The translations under genes and the position numbers were made by a program. This document shows positions 6,733 through 19,085 of a stretch of DNA of 25,943 nucleotides, piece after piece. The stretch comes from Micropepsaceae bacterium. GTDB taxonomy: Bacteria > Pseudomonadota > Alphaproteobacteria > Micropepsales > Micropepsaceae. Below the pieces are notes generated by a model. That model saw only the letters and a program-made list of their open reading frames with translations, made no database searches and was not told where the DNA came from. How positions within the stretch are numbered: position 1 is the stretch's first letter; every line of letters starts with the position of its first letter. The stretch spans positions 1 through 25,943 of the forward strand of contig JBILGJ010000001.1 of the NCBI GenBank assembly GCA_044351125.1, written 5' to 3'.

Positions 6733-7643
6733 GGCTCCTTTGCGGCCTGTTCATGGCGCTCTGGCTTGCGCTCGTTCCCGCGGCAGGCGCAAGTCAGCTC
6801 GACGTCGTGGCCAGCTTCTCGATCCTGGGCGACATGGCCGCCCGCGTCGGCGGCGATGATGTGAAACTGACGGTCCTGATCGGGCCCGACAGCGACGCGC
6901 ATGTCTTCGAGCCGACGCCGTCCCACGCCCGCAGCATTGCCGGCGCCGACGTGATCCTGTTCAACGGCCTGGGGTTTGAACCCTGGTTGCAGCGTCTTGC
7001 GCGGTCATCGGGCACGAGGGCCCGCCTCGTTGAGGCATCGAAGTCGATCGCGCCGCTGGCCATGAAGGAGCACGACCATGGTCACGCTCACGCTCACGAC
7101 CATGCTGGCGGCCTCGATCCGCACGCCTGGCAGGACGCCCGTCACGCGCTCGTCTATGTCGCGAACATCGCCGAGGCATTCGCCGCGGCGGATCCGGCAA
7201 ATGCCGCCGGCTACAGGGCGCGCGCGGCGGCCTATTCAGCCGAGCTGCGCCAGCTCGACGCTGACATCCGCGCGCGCATCGCCGGGGTGCCAGAGGCCAG
7301 GCGCCGGGTGATCAGCTCGCATGATGCATTTGGATATTTCGGGAAAGCCTATGGCGTCACGTTCCTGTCACCCCTTGGAACATCGACCGAAGCCCAGGCA
7401 TCGGCGAAGGGCGTCGCCCGGCTGATCGGGCAGATCCGCCGCGAGAAGATCCGGGTGGTCTTTGTGGAGAATATCTCGGACCCCCGCCTGATCGGGCAGA
7501 TTGCAAGGGAAACGGGCGCGCGAATGGGCGGGCGGCTCTATTCCGACGCGCTGTCGGGCCGGTCCGGCCCGGCCCCGACCTATGTGGCGATGATGCGCCA
7601 CAACACGCGGCTCTTGACTGAGGCCATGTCAGAGGGTTCATGA
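6729..7643 (+). CDS. Zn/Mn ABC transporter solute-binding protein (AztC/TroA-like)
   Basis: Signal peptide, DAHVFEPTP, His loop EHDHGHAHAHDH, DPHAW, SHDAFGYF, LYSDALS. True start is the ATG at 6729, inside the track's 6339 ORF. Confidence 0.94.
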   Translation: MRLLCGLFMALWLALVPAAGASQLDVVASFSILGDMAARVGGDDVKLTVLIGPDSDAHVFEPTPSHARSIAGADVILFNGLGFEPWLQRLARSSGTRARLVEASKSIAPLAMKEHDHGHAHAHDHAGGLDPHAWQDARHALVYVANIAEAFAAADPANAAGYRARAAAYSAELRQLDADIRARIAGVPEARRRVISSHDAFGYFGKAYGVTFLSPLGTSTEAQASAKGVARLIGQIRREKIRVVFVENISDPRLIGQIARETGARMGGRLYSDALSGRSGPAPTYVAMMRHNTRLLTEAMSEGS

Positions 7644-7667
7644 GGCCGGAAATTTCCGGAGCCTCAC

Positions 7668-8645
7668 ATGTCATCCCCCGTATCCGCGCCCGTGCCCGTC
7701 ACCGTCCTGACCGGCTATCTCGGCGCCGGCAAGACCACTCTCTTGAACCGCATCCTCACCGAGCAGCATGGCAAGCGCTACGCCGTGATCGTCAACGAGT
7801 TCGGCGAGATCGGCATCGATAACGACCTCGTCGTCGACACCGACGAGGAAGTCTTCGAGATGAATAACGGCTGCATCTGCTGCACCGTGCGGGGCGACCT
7901 GATCCGCATCCTCGGCGGCCTGATGAAACGCAAGGAGAAGTTCGACGCCATCCTCGTCGAGACGACGGGCCTCGCCGATCCCTCGCCTGTGGTCCAGACC
8001 TTCCTTGTCGACGACGACGTGAAGGCGCGCACGCGCCTCGACTCGGTCACCACCGTCATAGACGCCAAGCACATTCTCCAGCGCCTGAAGGATTCGAAGG
8101 AGGCGCATGAGCAGGTGGCCTTCGCCGACCAGCTCATCCTGAACAAGACCGACCTTGTCACGAAGGAAGAGCTCGCGCGCGTGGAACGCGTGATCCGCCA
8201 GATCAACCCCATCGCGCCCATCCACTACACCCAGCGTTGCGCGATCGAACTCGACAAGGTCCTCGACCGCGGCGCCTTCGACCTCTCGCGCGCCCTCGAG
8301 CTCGAGCCACACCTCCTCGACACCGACGAGCACGACCATGAACACGAGATCGACATCCACTCCGTGTCGCTGTCGACCAACCAGCCCCTCGACGCCAATC
8401 GCGTGACCAGCTGGCTCCAGGGCCTGCTGCAGCAGAAAGGGCAGGACATCCTGCGCATGAAGGGTATCCTCGACATCCGCGGCCGCGACGAACGCCTCGT
8501 CTTCCAGGCCGTGCACATGGTCATGGAAGGCGACTTCCAGCGCCCATGGAAGGAAGGCGAAAAGCGCTTCAGCCGCATTGTCTTCATCGGGCGCAACCTC
8601 GACGAAGCCGAACTCGAGCGCGGCTTCGCCGCCTGCGTGGCGTGA
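7668..8645 (+). CDS. COG0523/CobW-family G3E GTPase, putative Zn metallochaperone
   Basis: [37 protein letters not shown], short His/Glu stretch, CobW C-terminal-type FQAVH segment. Confidence 0.94.
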   Translation: MSSPVSAPVPVTVLTGYLGAGKTTLLNRILTEQHGKRYAVIVNEFGEIGIDNDLVVDTDEEVFEMNNGCICCTVRGDLIRILGGLMKRKEKFDAILVETTGLADPSPVVQTFLVDDDVKARTRLDSVTTVIDAKHILQRLKDSKEAHEQVAFADQLILNKTDLVTKEELARVERVIRQINPIAPIHYTQRCAIELDKVLDRGAFDLSRALELEPHLLDTDEHDHEHEIDIHSVSLSTNQPLDANRVTSWLQGLLQQKGQDILRMKGILDIRGRDERLVFQAVHMVMEGDFQRPWKEGEKRFSRIVFIGRNLDEAELERGFAACVA

Positions 8646-8650
8646 CCCCG

Positions 8651-9649
8651 ATGGCCGAGCCAACAATAGCCGCAGGCCGATCCTGGACGTTCGACGCCCC
8701 GGTCGTGGCATGCGCCTACGAACACAACGGGATAGGCGCCTTTGCCTGCGGTGATGGATCGCTGAGGATCTTTGTCGACGAACAGGAACCCCAGGCCATC
8801 AACGTCCACGCCGGCGCCGTCCTGGCACTTGGCGTTCATCCGGATGTGGGCTTCCTGTCAGGCGGTGACGATGGCCGTCTCGTGCACACGATCCCCGGCG
8901 GCGAGAGCCGCGTGCTGTTCGAGCAGAAGGGCAAATGGATAGAGGCGCTCGCCGTCTCGCAAGCCACGGGTCTTGTGGCCTTCACCGTGGGCAAGGACGC
9001 GATCGTGCTCGACGGCGACCAGGTGATTGGCCGCTTCACGCATCCCTCGACGGCAACCGGCGTGGCCTTCGACCCGAAGGGCAGGCGCATCGCCGTCTCG
9101 CACTACAACGGCGCCTCGCTCTGGTGGACGAAATCGGCGAACCAGACGCCGACCGTGCTGAACTGGAAGGGCTCGCATCTCGGTGTCACCTGGAGCCCGG
9201 ACGGCAAGTTCCTCGTGACCACCATGCAGGAAAGCGCGCTGCACGGCTGGCGCATAGACGACGCCGCCGACATGCGCATGACGGGCTATCCATCGAAGGT
9301 GAAGTCCATGGCGTGGGAACACCGCGGCAAGGTTCTCATGACGGCTGGCGCCCCGCAGGTGATTGGCTGGCCCTTTACCGGTCGCAATGGCCCGATGGGC
9401 CGCGAGCCCCTGCAGATCGGCCCCGAGAGCGAGGCGATCATCCAGGCCGTCGCAACGCATCCCGAGTTCGACCTCGTCGCCGCCGGCACGGCTGAAGGCA
9501 GCGTGTGGATGCAGTGGATTGGCGAAGAGGACGCCGGCACCGTCGCGCGTGACTTGCCAGCCATCAGCTGCATGGCTTTCGCACCCGATGGCTCAAGCCT
9601 TGCCGTGGGAACAGAGCAGGGCTTCGCGGCAGTGCTCGACGCTGCCTGA
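8651..9649 (+). CDS. WD40/beta-propeller protein
   Basis: Repeated blade-like units (HAGAVLAL..HPD..FLSGGDDG; AFDPKG; TWSPDGKFL; AFAPDG..LAVGT). ATG at 8651 lies 5 bp after the GTPase stop; no signal peptide. Confidence 0.88.
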   Translation: MAEPTIAAGRSWTFDAPVVACAYEHNGIGAFACGDGSLRIFVDEQEPQAINVHAGAVLALGVHPDVGFLSGGDDGRLVHTIPGGESRVLFEQKGKWIEALAVSQATGLVAFTVGKDAIVLDGDQVIGRFTHPSTATGVAFDPKGRRIAVSHYNGASLWWTKSANQTPTVLNWKGSHLGVTWSPDGKFLVTTMQESALHGWRIDDAADMRMTGYPSKVKSMAWEHRGKVLMTAGAPQVIGWPFTGRNGPMGREPLQIGPESEAIIQAVATHPEFDLVAAGTAEGSVWMQWIGEEDAGTVARDLPAISCMAFAPDGSSLAVGTEQGFAAVLDAA

Positions 9650-9654
9650 GGACC

Positions 9655-10803
9655 TCAGTCCTTCTGGTCGTTGAAGAATTCCTTGAGCCGGGCGAAGAAA
9701 TTCGTCGTCTCGGGTGAATTCTTGTCGCTGCCGGCTTTCTCGAACTCGCGCAGCAGGTCCTGCTGCTTCTTGTTCAGGTTTACCGGTGTCTCGACCATAA
9801 CCTCGACGAAGAGGTCGCCGCTCGGTCCCTGCCCACGCAGGCCCGGCATGCCCTTGCCGCGCAGGCGGAACTGTTTGCCCGACTGAGTACCCTCGGGGAT
9901 CGAGATGCGCGCACGCCCGCCGCCCAGCGTCGGCACTTCCACATGGCCGCCCAGGGCGGCCGTTGTCAGGCTGACAGGCACGCGGCAAAAAAGGTTCTCA
10001 TCCTCGCGCTTGAAAAGCGGATGGGGCTCGATCGACAGGAAAATGTAGAGGTCGCCCTTCGGCCCGCCGCGCAAACCGGCCTCGCCCTCGCCCGAGAGGC
10101 GGATGCGATTGCCGTCTGCAACGCCCTGCGGGATGCTGACATTGATCGTGCGTTCCTTCTGCACGCGTCCTGCGCCCGAGCAGGCACGGCAGGGGTTCTT
10201 GACCATGCGGCCAAGCCCCTGGCAGGTCGGGCAGGTCCGTTCGATCGTGAAGAAGCCCTGCTGCGCGCGCACCTTGCCGATGCCCGAACACGTCGTGCAG
10301 GTCTGCGGCTTGCTCCCCGGCTCGGCGCCGGTGCCGCTGCAGGGCTCGCACGCAACCGACCCAGGCACGCGGATGGGTACGGCCTTTCCCGCAAACGCAT
10401 CCTCGAGCGAGATTTCCATGTTGTAGCGAAGGTCAGACCCGCGCTGTGCGCGATTGCCGCCGCCGCCGCCGCCACGCCGTCCACCCATGAATTCGCCGAA
10501 CAGGTCGTCGAACACGTCCGTGAACGAAGTGGAGAAGTCGAAGCCTCCCGGCCCGCCGCCCCGGCCGCCCGACGGACCCTCGAACGCGCTGTGGCCATAC
10601 TGGTCATAGGCCGCACGCTTCTGTTCGTCCTTCAGGACGTCATAGGCTTCGTTGAGTTCCTTGAATTTCTGGTCTGCCTTCGGGTCATCGGGATTTCGGT
10701 CCGGATGAAGTTCCTTCGCCTTCTTGCGATAGGCAGACTTGAGCTCGTCGGCGGTCGCCCGCCGCTGCACGCCCAATACGTCGTAGAAATCTCGCTTCGA
10801 CAT
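9655..10803 (-). CDS. dnaJ: Chaperone DnaJ
   Basis: J domain with HPD, G/F-rich linker, four CxxCxGxG motifs. Confidence 0.98.
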   Translation of the reverse strand: MSKRDFYDVLGVQRRATADELKSAYRKKAKELHPDRNPDDPKADQKFKELNEAYDVLKDEQKRAAYDQYGHSAFEGPSGGRGGGPGGFDFSTSFTDVFDDLFGEFMGGRRGGGGGGNRAQRGSDLRYNMEISLEDAFAGKAVPIRVPGSVACEPCSGTGAEPGSKPQTCTTCSGIGKVRAQQGFFTIERTCPTCQGLGRMVKNPCRACSGAGRVQKERTINVSIPQGVADGNRIRLSGEGEAGLRGGPKGDLYIFLSIEPHPLFKREDENLFCRVPVSLTTAALGGHVEVPTLGGGRARISIPEGTQSGKQFRLRGKGMPGLRGQGPSGDLFVEVMVETPVNLNKKQQDLLREFEKAGSDKNSPETTNFFARLKEFFNDQKD

Positions 10804-10894
10804 GGATCTGCTCGGAACACCCGCCGTGGGTGGGAGTGAAGGGGCCAGCCCCGGCCATCAGCCGGCGCAGGCCCGTCATCTTGGAGGTGCGGGG

Positions 10895-12832
<1,938 letters not shown>

Positions 12833-12962
12833 AGTTCAATTCCTTATTGTTCGGCAAACGGTTCGGGCCTTGGGGTATGCGAAAAGCACCCGCACCGTTC
12901 CCAGGGAGTTCAGGGTCTTGCGTAGGACTGGGGCCTCGATTTCTCGCGGCTTTCATGGCCAC

Positions 12963-12991
12963 ATATAGGGGTGCGGTCCGCACCCCGCAAG
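12963..12991 (-). promoter_or_regulatory. Putative sigma32 (RpoH) promoter for dnaKJ
   Basis: Minus strand CTTG(12991-12988)-N18-CCTATAT(12969-12963) matches the alphaproteobacterial RpoH consensus CTTG-N17/18-CYTATNT; about 130 bp upstream of dnaK. Confidence 0.72.
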
Positions 12992-13155
12992 ACATGCCCC
13001 CGCTGCGAGTACGCTAAATTTTGGCCGAACCCGGGTCCAAAACGGGACATGACGCCGCGAAACAATGGCACGCCGCAACCCCGGCCACATATTCGCCACG
13101 ACGCTGCTCCATACAGGCGAGCGGGATTTGCAGCCGGGAGGAGGGGCAGGATCCA

Positions 13156-13452
13156 ATGATTTTCAGGAGCACCCTTGAGAAACTTGAACTGGCAGCCGTG
13201 GCACTCATCGCGATGGTCGAGCCCGCAGCCGCCGAGGCCAAGCCCGTCTCCATCCATGGAAACGGTTGGGTCGCTGTGATGATCCTTCTTGTCTTCGTGG
13301 CCGTGATCTACTTCCTCGTGATCGGTCCATTGAAGATCGAGGAACGCGACGCACGATTGCGGCGCCGCGCTGACGATGGCGAACACGGCTGGTTCGGCAC
13401 GTCCGGTCATTCCCATCCCAACGATGACGACGACGCAAACAACGGCAACTAG
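13156..13452 (+). CDS. Orphan 98-aa membrane protein
   Basis: Strong SD (ggaggagg) about 11 nt before the ATG at 13156. Signal-peptide-like segment ending PAAA, one TM helix, His/Asp-rich tail. Fills the gap without overlapping neighbours. Confidence 0.68.
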   Translation: MIFRSTLEKLELAAVALIAMVEPAAAEAKPVSIHGNGWVAVMILLVFVAVIYFLVIGPLKIEERDARLRRRADDGEHGWFGTSGHSHPNDDDDANNGN

Positions 13453-13473
13453 AAAGCCCGCGCCACGACGGTC

Positions 13474-14109
13474 TCAGGCCGTCGTGTCGATGGTCCCGCC
13501 TGCCGGTGCATCCGGCGCAGGCGCGTCGGGCAACTGGGCTGCAATGGCAACCTTCGCCGCACGCAGCAACCTGTCCCCGATCATGTACCCGTTCTCGGCC
13601 ACCGCAATGATGGAGCCCGCCGCCTGTCCCGGCACCGGCAGTTCCGCGATGGCCTCGTGCTGGTTGGGATTGAACTTCTGTCCCACGGCTTCGATGCGGC
13701 GAATGGAAAAGCGCTCGAACGCCGACAGCAATTGGCGCTGTGTCGCCTCGATGCCTTCGATCACCGACACCACCTCCGGGGCAAGTCCCGCCCGCTTCTC
13801 GGGCTTCATGGCTTCCAGCGCGCGTTCGAAATTGTCTGCAACCGAAAGCAGTTCACGCGCAAAGCGCGAGAAGGCGTACTGGGTGGCATCCTGCTTCTCC
13901 CGCTCGGCCCGCTTGCGCAGGTTCTCCGTATCTGCAACCGCACGCAGGTAACGATCCTTGAATTCGGCGGCCTCCGCCTGAAGGGCTGCGATTTGCGCAG
14001 CCTCGCGCGCGATCTCCGACGAGGCGTTGTCGGCAGCACTCGTGCTGTTGGCGCTTTCCGGCGCAGAGTCACCCGGCGCAGCTTTTTCGTTCTGTGTGTT
14101 GCTGGTCAT
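13474..14109 (-). CDS. grpE: Nucleotide exchange factor GrpE
   Basis: YLRAVADTENLRKR, LLSVADNFERAL, FNPNQHEAI, GYMIGDRLLRAAKV motifs. Confidence 0.97.
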   Translation of the reverse strand: MTSNTQNEKAAPGDSAPESANSTSAADNASSEIAREAAQIAALQAEAAEFKDRYLRAVADTENLRKRAEREKQDATQYAFSRFARELLSVADNFERALEAMKPEKRAGLAPEVVSVIEGIEATQRQLLSAFERFSIRRIEAVGQKFNPNQHEAIAELPVPGQAAGSIIAVAENGYMIGDRLLRAAKVAIAAQLPDAPAPDAPAGGTIDTTA

Positions 14110-14132
14110 GTCTGGTGTTCCACTGGTTCGGG

Positions 14133-15230
14133 TCAGGTCTGCTGGCTCAGGATGCGACTGATCACGCGGGCGGTATAATCCACCATGGGCACGATGCGCG
14201 CATAGTTGATGCGCGTGGGGCCGATGACGCCGATCACGCCAACGACACTTTGGGTGCGGTCGGCATACGGCGCAGCAATAACCGAAGAACCCGACAGCGA
14301 ATAGAGATTGCTTTCCGAGCCGATGAAAATCCGCACGCCATCGCCCTTTTTCGCAAGCTCCAGCATCTGGATCAGGTCGCTTTTGCGCTCGATGTCGTCG
14401 AAAAGGTGGCGTACGCGCTCAAGCTCGCCCGTCGCCCGCACATCGTCCAGCAGTTTCGACTGACCGCGCACGATCAGTGACGGGCTCGCAGCCGCGCCAG
14501 GTCGCCCCGCCCATTCCGCAAGTCCCGTAGCGACAAGCCGCGCCGAAAGCTCGTCAAGCTCGGCCCGTTGCGCCGCGATTTCGGAAAAGATCTCCGAGCG
14601 CACCTCCTCGAGGGTTCGCCCGCGCATCCGCGCGCTCAGGTAATTGCCCGCCTCAATATAGGACGAGGGCAGGACCCCGCTCGGCGTCTCGATGATGCGG
14701 TTTTCGACCGACCCGTCATCGCCAACCATGATGACAAGCGCGCGTTGCGGGGCAAGCGGCACGAACTCGACATGCTTCAGCGCCGGGTCCCGCTTGGGCG
14801 TGACCACCAGCCCGGCACACTGGCTCAGGCCCGAAAGCATGCTGGACGCTTGCGTCAGAACGTCGTCGATCGAGCGTCCGCTGACCGCAAGCTGCGTTTC
14901 GATGCCCCGTCGCTCGTCCTGGTTCAGGTTGCCGACCTCCAGCAGACCATCCACGAAAAATCGAAGGCCGAGCTGCGTGGGTATGCGACCCGCACTGCTG
15001 TGCGGCGAGTCCAGCAGTCCCGCCCGCTCCAGGTCCGACATCACGTTGCGGATCGAGGCGGGCGAGAGCGCGATGGTCCCGCGTTGCGACAGGGTGCGCG
15101 AGCCAACGGGCTCGCCGGTCTCCAGATAGGCCTCGACGATATTGCGGAAAATGTCGCGCGACCGCTCGCTGAGTTCCGCGATCAGGTTGGCGGCCAAGGG
15201 GCCGGTTTTCGGCAAGGGGATGTCGTTCAT
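14133..15230 (-). CDS. hrcA: Heat-inducible transcription repressor HrcA
   Basis: YLETGEPVGSRTLS, SPASIRNVMSDLE..GLL..PHSSAGRIPT, GVIGPTRINY motifs. Confidence 0.97.
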   Translation of the reverse strand: MNDIPLPKTGPLAANLIAELSERSRDIFRNIVEAYLETGEPVGSRTLSQRGTIALSPASIRNVMSDLERAGLLDSPHSSAGRIPTQLGLRFFVDGLLEVGNLNQDERRGIETQLAVSGRSIDDVLTQASSMLSGLSQCAGLVVTPKRDPALKHVEFVPLAPQRALVIMVGDDGSVENRIIETPSGVLPSSYIEAGNYLSARMRGRTLEEVRSEIFSEIAAQRAELDELSARLVATGLAEWAGRPGAAASPSLIVRGQSKLLDDVRATGELERVRHLFDDIERKSDLIQMLELAKKGDGVRIFIGSESNLYSLSGSSVIAAPYADRTQSVVGVIGVIGPTRINYARIVPMVDYTARVISRILSQQT

Positions 15231-15291
15231 GGGGACACTTGACCGGTACGCGGCTCGAAAACTGCCATTGCCTAAGGGGGTTTCGGAAGGC

Positions 15292-15321
15292 TAGGTAGCG
15301 TCTGAGCCCCCAAACTTCAAG
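15292..15321 (-). promoter_or_regulatory. Putative sigma32 promoter for hrcA-grpE
   Basis: Minus strand CTTGAA(15321-15316)-N15-CGCTACCTA(15300-15292): strong -35, imperfect -10. Confidence 0.5.
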
Positions 15322-15334
15322 ACAAGGAACCGCC

Positions 15335-16051
15335 ATGCGTCCGTCTGGCCGCCGATTTGACCAACTGCGCGAAATCACGCTCGACCCGGGCGTTTCGGCG
15401 CATGCAGAGGGGTCCTGCCTTGTGAAGTTCGGGCGCACCCACGTCCTGTGCACGGCGAGCCTCGAGATGGGCGTCCCGCCCTTCCTCAAGGGTTCGGGCA
15501 AGGGCTGGGTGACGGCCGAGTACGGCATGTTGCCACGTGCGACCGGCGAACGGATGCGCCGCGAGGCCGCTGCCGGCAAGCAGTCCGGCCGCACGCTCGA
15601 GATCCAGCGCCTGATCGGCCGCGCCCTGCGTGCGGTCACCGACATGACAGCCTTCGGCGAACGACAGATCGTTCTCGATTGCGACGTCATCCAGGCCGAT
15701 GGTGGCACGCGCACCGCAGCGATAACGGGCGCCTTCGTCGCCCTGCACAAGTGCTTCCAGCTGATGATGCGCGACAAGCTGATCAGGTCGATCCCGCTCA
15801 AGGACCACGTGGCCGCCATCTCCTGCGGCATTCACAATGGCAACTGCCTTCTCGACCTCGACTACGAGGAAGACTCGAGCGCCGGGACGGACGCGAATTT
15901 CGTCATGACAGGCAAGGGCCAAATCGTCGAGGTCCAGGGCACCGCCGAGGGCGAGCCCTTCACCGAGGAAGCCTTCTCGCAATTGATGGGGTTGGCCCGG
16001 AACGGGATCCTGACGCTTGTCGATCTGCAGAAACAGGCAATCGCGAAATAG
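15335..16051 (+). CDS. rph: Ribonuclease PH
   Basis: [47 protein letters not shown] motifs. Confidence 0.98.
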   Translation: MRPSGRRFDQLREITLDPGVSAHAEGSCLVKFGRTHVLCTASLEMGVPPFLKGSGKGWVTAEYGMLPRATGERMRREAAAGKQSGRTLEIQRLIGRALRAVTDMTAFGERQIVLDCDVIQADGGTRTAAITGAFVALHKCFQLMMRDKLIRSIPLKDHVAAISCGIHNGNCLLDLDYEEDSSAGTDANFVMTGKGQIVEVQGTAEGEPFTEEAFSQLMGLARNGILTLVDLQKQAIAK

Positions 16052-16053
16052 CC

Positions 16054-16656
16054 ATGGTTCGCAAGCTCTCAGGCACACGGCTTGTGGTCGCAAGCCACAA
16101 TCCGGGCAAGGTCCGCGAGATCGCAGACCTGATCGCACCGTGGAACCTGCAGGCCATCTCCGTGGGCGAGCTGGGCCTGCCTGAGCCGGATGAGACCGAG
16201 CCCACCTTCGTCGGCAACGCGCTGCTCAAGGCGCGCGCGGCGGCCGCTGGCGCAAGGCTTCCTGCACTCGCCGATGACTCCGGCCTCTGCGTCGAGGCGC
16301 TTGACGGCGCGCCAGGCATCTACTCCGCGCGGTGGGCGGGCCCCTCGAAGGACTTCTCGCTGGCGATGGAAGAAGTGCATCGGCGGATGCGGGCATCGGG
16401 GCGCCCCTCGCGGGCTGCCTGGTTCATCTGTGCGCTGGCCATCGCCTGGCCCGATGGTGTCGAGGCCAGCTTCGAAGGGCGGATCGACGGCGAACTGGTG
16501 TGGCCCCCGCGCGGCAGTCGGGGCTTCGGCTATGATCCCATGTTCGTTCCCGAAGGTCACAGCCTGACCTTTGGCGAGATGGAGCCGCAAGCCAAGCACG
16601 CAATGTCGCACCGGGCCCGCGCGTTCCGGCAATTCGTCGAGGCCTGCCTTGGTTGA
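16054..16656 (+). CDS. rdgB: Non-canonical purine NTP pyrophosphatase (RdgB/HAM1)
   Basis: [39 protein letters not shown] motifs; ATG at 16054. Confidence 0.96.
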   Translation: MVRKLSGTRLVVASHNPGKVREIADLIAPWNLQAISVGELGLPEPDETEPTFVGNALLKARAAAAGARLPALADDSGLCVEALDGAPGIYSARWAGPSKDFSLAMEEVHRRMRASGRPSRAAWFICALAIAWPDGVEASFEGRIDGELVWPPRGSRGFGYDPMFVPEGHSLTFGEMEPQAKHAMSHRARAFRQFVEACLG

Positions 16657-17803
16657 GCGCGCAAGCAGGCCGCTCGGGCTCTATGTCCACTGGCCATTTT
16701 GCCTGTCGAAATGCCCCTACTGCGATTTCAACAGTCACGTGCGCGCGCGGATTGACGCGGAGGCCTATGCCGCCGCCCTGGTTCGCGAACTGCAGTCGGT
16801 CGCGGCGCGCCTCGATCATGCGCCCCAGCTAACCTCGATCTTCTTCGGCGGAGGCACGCCATCCCTCATGCCGGGCGAAACCGTGCAAGCCGTCATCGAG
16901 GCTGCCCGACAGCGCTTCGGTTTCGCACCGGGCATCGAGATCACCCTGGAAGCCAACCCCACGAGCGTCGAGGCCGATCGCTTTCGCGCCTATCGCAACG
17001 CGGGCGTGAACAGGCTGTCGCTGGGCGTGCAGGCACTGGAAGACGCGGACCTGCGCGCGCTGGGCCGCATGCACTCGGTGGACGAAGCCATGCGGGCCGT
17101 CGACCTCGCGCAGTCCGTATTCGACCGCGTGTCTTTCGATCTCATCTACGCCCGTCCCGCGCAGTCGCTCGAGGCCTGGGATGCAGAACTCGCTCGCGCG
17201 CTGGCTGTGGATTGCTCGCATTACGCGCTCTACCAGCTCACCTTCGAGGAGGGCACGCCCTTCCACGCCGCCCGTGCGCGGGGATTGATGAAGGAGATTG
17301 GTTCGGAAACGGCGACAGCCATGTATGAACTGACGCAGGAGCGCATGCAGGCAGCAGGGCGCCCCGCCTATGAGATTTCCAATCACGCCCGCCCCGGCGA
17401 AGAGTCGCGGCACAACATGCTCTACTGGCGCTATGGCGAATATCTTGGAATTGGTCCGGGCGCACATGGCCGCATCAGCATGAATGGCGCCAAGGTGGCG
17501 ACCGAAACCCTGCGCGCACCCGAGGAATGGCTCGAACGCGTGAATGTCGCGGGCCACGGGGTCAAGGTGTGGGAACCCGTCGCACCGGCCGAATGCTTTA
17601 CCGAGGCCGTGCTGATGGGGCTGCGGCTGACCGAGGGCATCGATCTGCAAGCGCTCGAAGCCGACACCGGCCACTCGATCCAGCCGGACAGGATCCGCAC
17701 CCTGTGTGATCAGGGTCTCCTGGTGGCAGGCGAGGGCAGGCTGGCGGCAACGCCTTCAGGCAGGTTGGTCCTGAACTCGGTCTTGCGCGTGCTGCTCGCC
17801 TGA
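16649..17803 (+). CDS. hemW: Radical SAM heme chaperone HemW (HemN-like)
   Basis: [48 protein letters not shown]. Start uncertain; in-frame TTG at 16649 used. Confidence 0.92.
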   Translation: MVERASRPLGLYVHWPFCLSKCPYCDFNSHVRARIDAEAYAAALVRELQSVAARLDHAPQLTSIFFGGGTPSLMPGETVQAVIEAARQRFGFAPGIEITLEANPTSVEADRFRAYRNAGVNRLSLGVQALEDADLRALGRMHSVDEAMRAVDLAQSVFDRVSFDLIYARPAQSLEAWDAELARALAVDCSHYALYQLTFEEGTPFHAARARGLMKEIGSETATAMYELTQERMQAAGRPAYEISNHARPGEESRHNMLYWRYGEYLGIGPGAHGRISMNGAKVATETLRAPEEWLERVNVAGHGVKVWEPVAPAECFTEAVLMGLRLTEGIDLQALEADTGHSIQPDRIRTLCDQGLLVAGEGRLAATPSGRLVLNSVLRVLLA

Positions 17804-17806
17804 TCT

Positions 17807-19060
17807 TCAGAACCCGGGCGACTGAAACGTGCTGGCAGCCGGGCTGATGATCGTTGGCGGACCGCCCTCGGCGATCTTGAACACCGCAAGGCCGCGCTCT
17901 GTCATCCCATCCGCGCGGAAGCGGAAGATACCGTCAATGCCGGCAAAGCCATTGGGATCTGCAATGGTCGTGCGCGTGTAGCGCTGCCCGGCGCGGCCAT
18001 TGGCAAGCGTTGCTGCAAGCGCGATGGCATCATAGGCAAGCGACCCGATCTTGGGTGCCCGCGACCCATAGAGTTGCTGGTAGCGGGTCTGGAAATTGGC
18101 GCGTTGCTCCTGCGGCGGCAGCGCATACCAACCGCCCGCAAGCGAGATTTCACGAGCCGTTGCCGGATCGTCCCACATGCCGCTTCCAAGGAACTGCACC
18201 TTGCGCGAATCAACACCATGCACCGACAGGATGGGCCCGATGCTGCGCAGCATCAGCCCGCCTTCCGGCAGGAAGATGCTGTCGAACCCGAGCTTGGCCA
18301 CCGCCTTGACGGCAGGCTCGAGCGCCTGGGCATTGCTTTCATAGCTCTGCACGGCGACCACCTCGCCGCCCGCCTGCGCAACGGCCATGCGGAAGGCCTC
18401 CTCGACACGCTGGCCATACGGCGATGCCGGCACCAGTGCGACGAAGCGGCGCCGACCCTGTGACGTGGCATAGTTCACGACACGGTTCACCTCCTGCTCC
18501 GGCAGGAAGCTCAACAGGAACACGCCGTCTCCCGCGACCGTCCGGTCCGTCGAAAAAGCAATGACCGGCACGCCGCGCGCGCGCGCAACCGGCGCGACGG
18601 CGCGCACGTCATTGGCCAGCAACGGTCCGAGGATAAGTTCAGCACCCTTGTCGATGGCAGCATTGGCCGCGGCCGCCGCACTTTCAGCTGTCGTGCCGGT
18701 ATCCTGCGGCAGCAGCACCATGGACTTTGCGCCCATGTCGAACATGGCGAGCTGCGCGGCATCCTGCAGGGCCTGCGAAACGGCACGCGTGTTGCGGTCC
18801 GGGTGCGAGAACGGCAGCAGGATGGCAATCCTGACCTGTCCATCCGTCGGCACGATGACCGGGCCCGACGGTGTCGTGGGCTTGGCAACGACCGTGGTTG
18901 GCTTTGGCGCCTTGACGGTTGGCTGCGCATCATCTCCAAAGAGGGACGTTGTTTCGCATCCGCCGAGGAAGACACCCGCAAGCAGCACAACGAGGGCTGC
19001 AAGCGCGTTCCTGAAGCTTTGGGACGGTGCGCGGCTGGTCACGGACGAAGTCACAGGCAT
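17807..19060 (-). CDS. LppC/LpoA-like penicillin-binding protein activator lipoprotein (periplasmic binding fold)
   Basis: Lipobox FLGGC, IAILLP, ILGPLLA, LAYDA, GFAGIDGIFRFRADGMTERGLAV; divergent from rsmI as in the yraM/yraL layout. Confidence 0.85.
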   Translation of the reverse strand: MPVTSSVTSRAPSQSFRNALAALVVLLAGVFLGGCETTSLFGDDAQPTVKAPKPTTVVAKPTTPSGPVIVPTDGQVRIAILLPFSHPDRNTRAVSQALQDAAQLAMFDMGAKSMVLLPQDTGTTAESAAAAANAAIDKGAELILGPLLANDVRAVAPVARARGVPVIAFSTDRTVAGDGVFLLSFLPEQEVNRVVNYATSQGRRRFVALVPASPYGQRVEEAFRMAVAQAGGEVVAVQSYESNAQALEPAVKAVAKLGFDSIFLPEGGLMLRSIGPILSVHGVDSRKVQFLGSGMWDDPATAREISLAGGWYALPPQEQRANFQTRYQQLYGSRAPKIGSLAYDAIALAATLANGRAGQRYTRTTIADPNGFAGIDGIFRFRADGMTERGLAVFKIAEGGPPTIISPAASTFQSPGF

Positions 19061-19085
19061 CAACCCCTTTTGGCGGCAGCAAGCA

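Noticed and set aside
9646-9658. Palindrome ctgagg-a-cctcag joining the WD40 and dnaJ stops
   Set aside because: Mostly produced by two facing TGA codons; too short to be a terminator.
13199-13225. CIRCE-like half site (tggcactc)
   Set aside because: The second arm (GAGTGCYAA) is missing and it lies inside a coding region. I found no CIRCE upstream of hrcA, grpE or dnaK, consistent with RpoH control.
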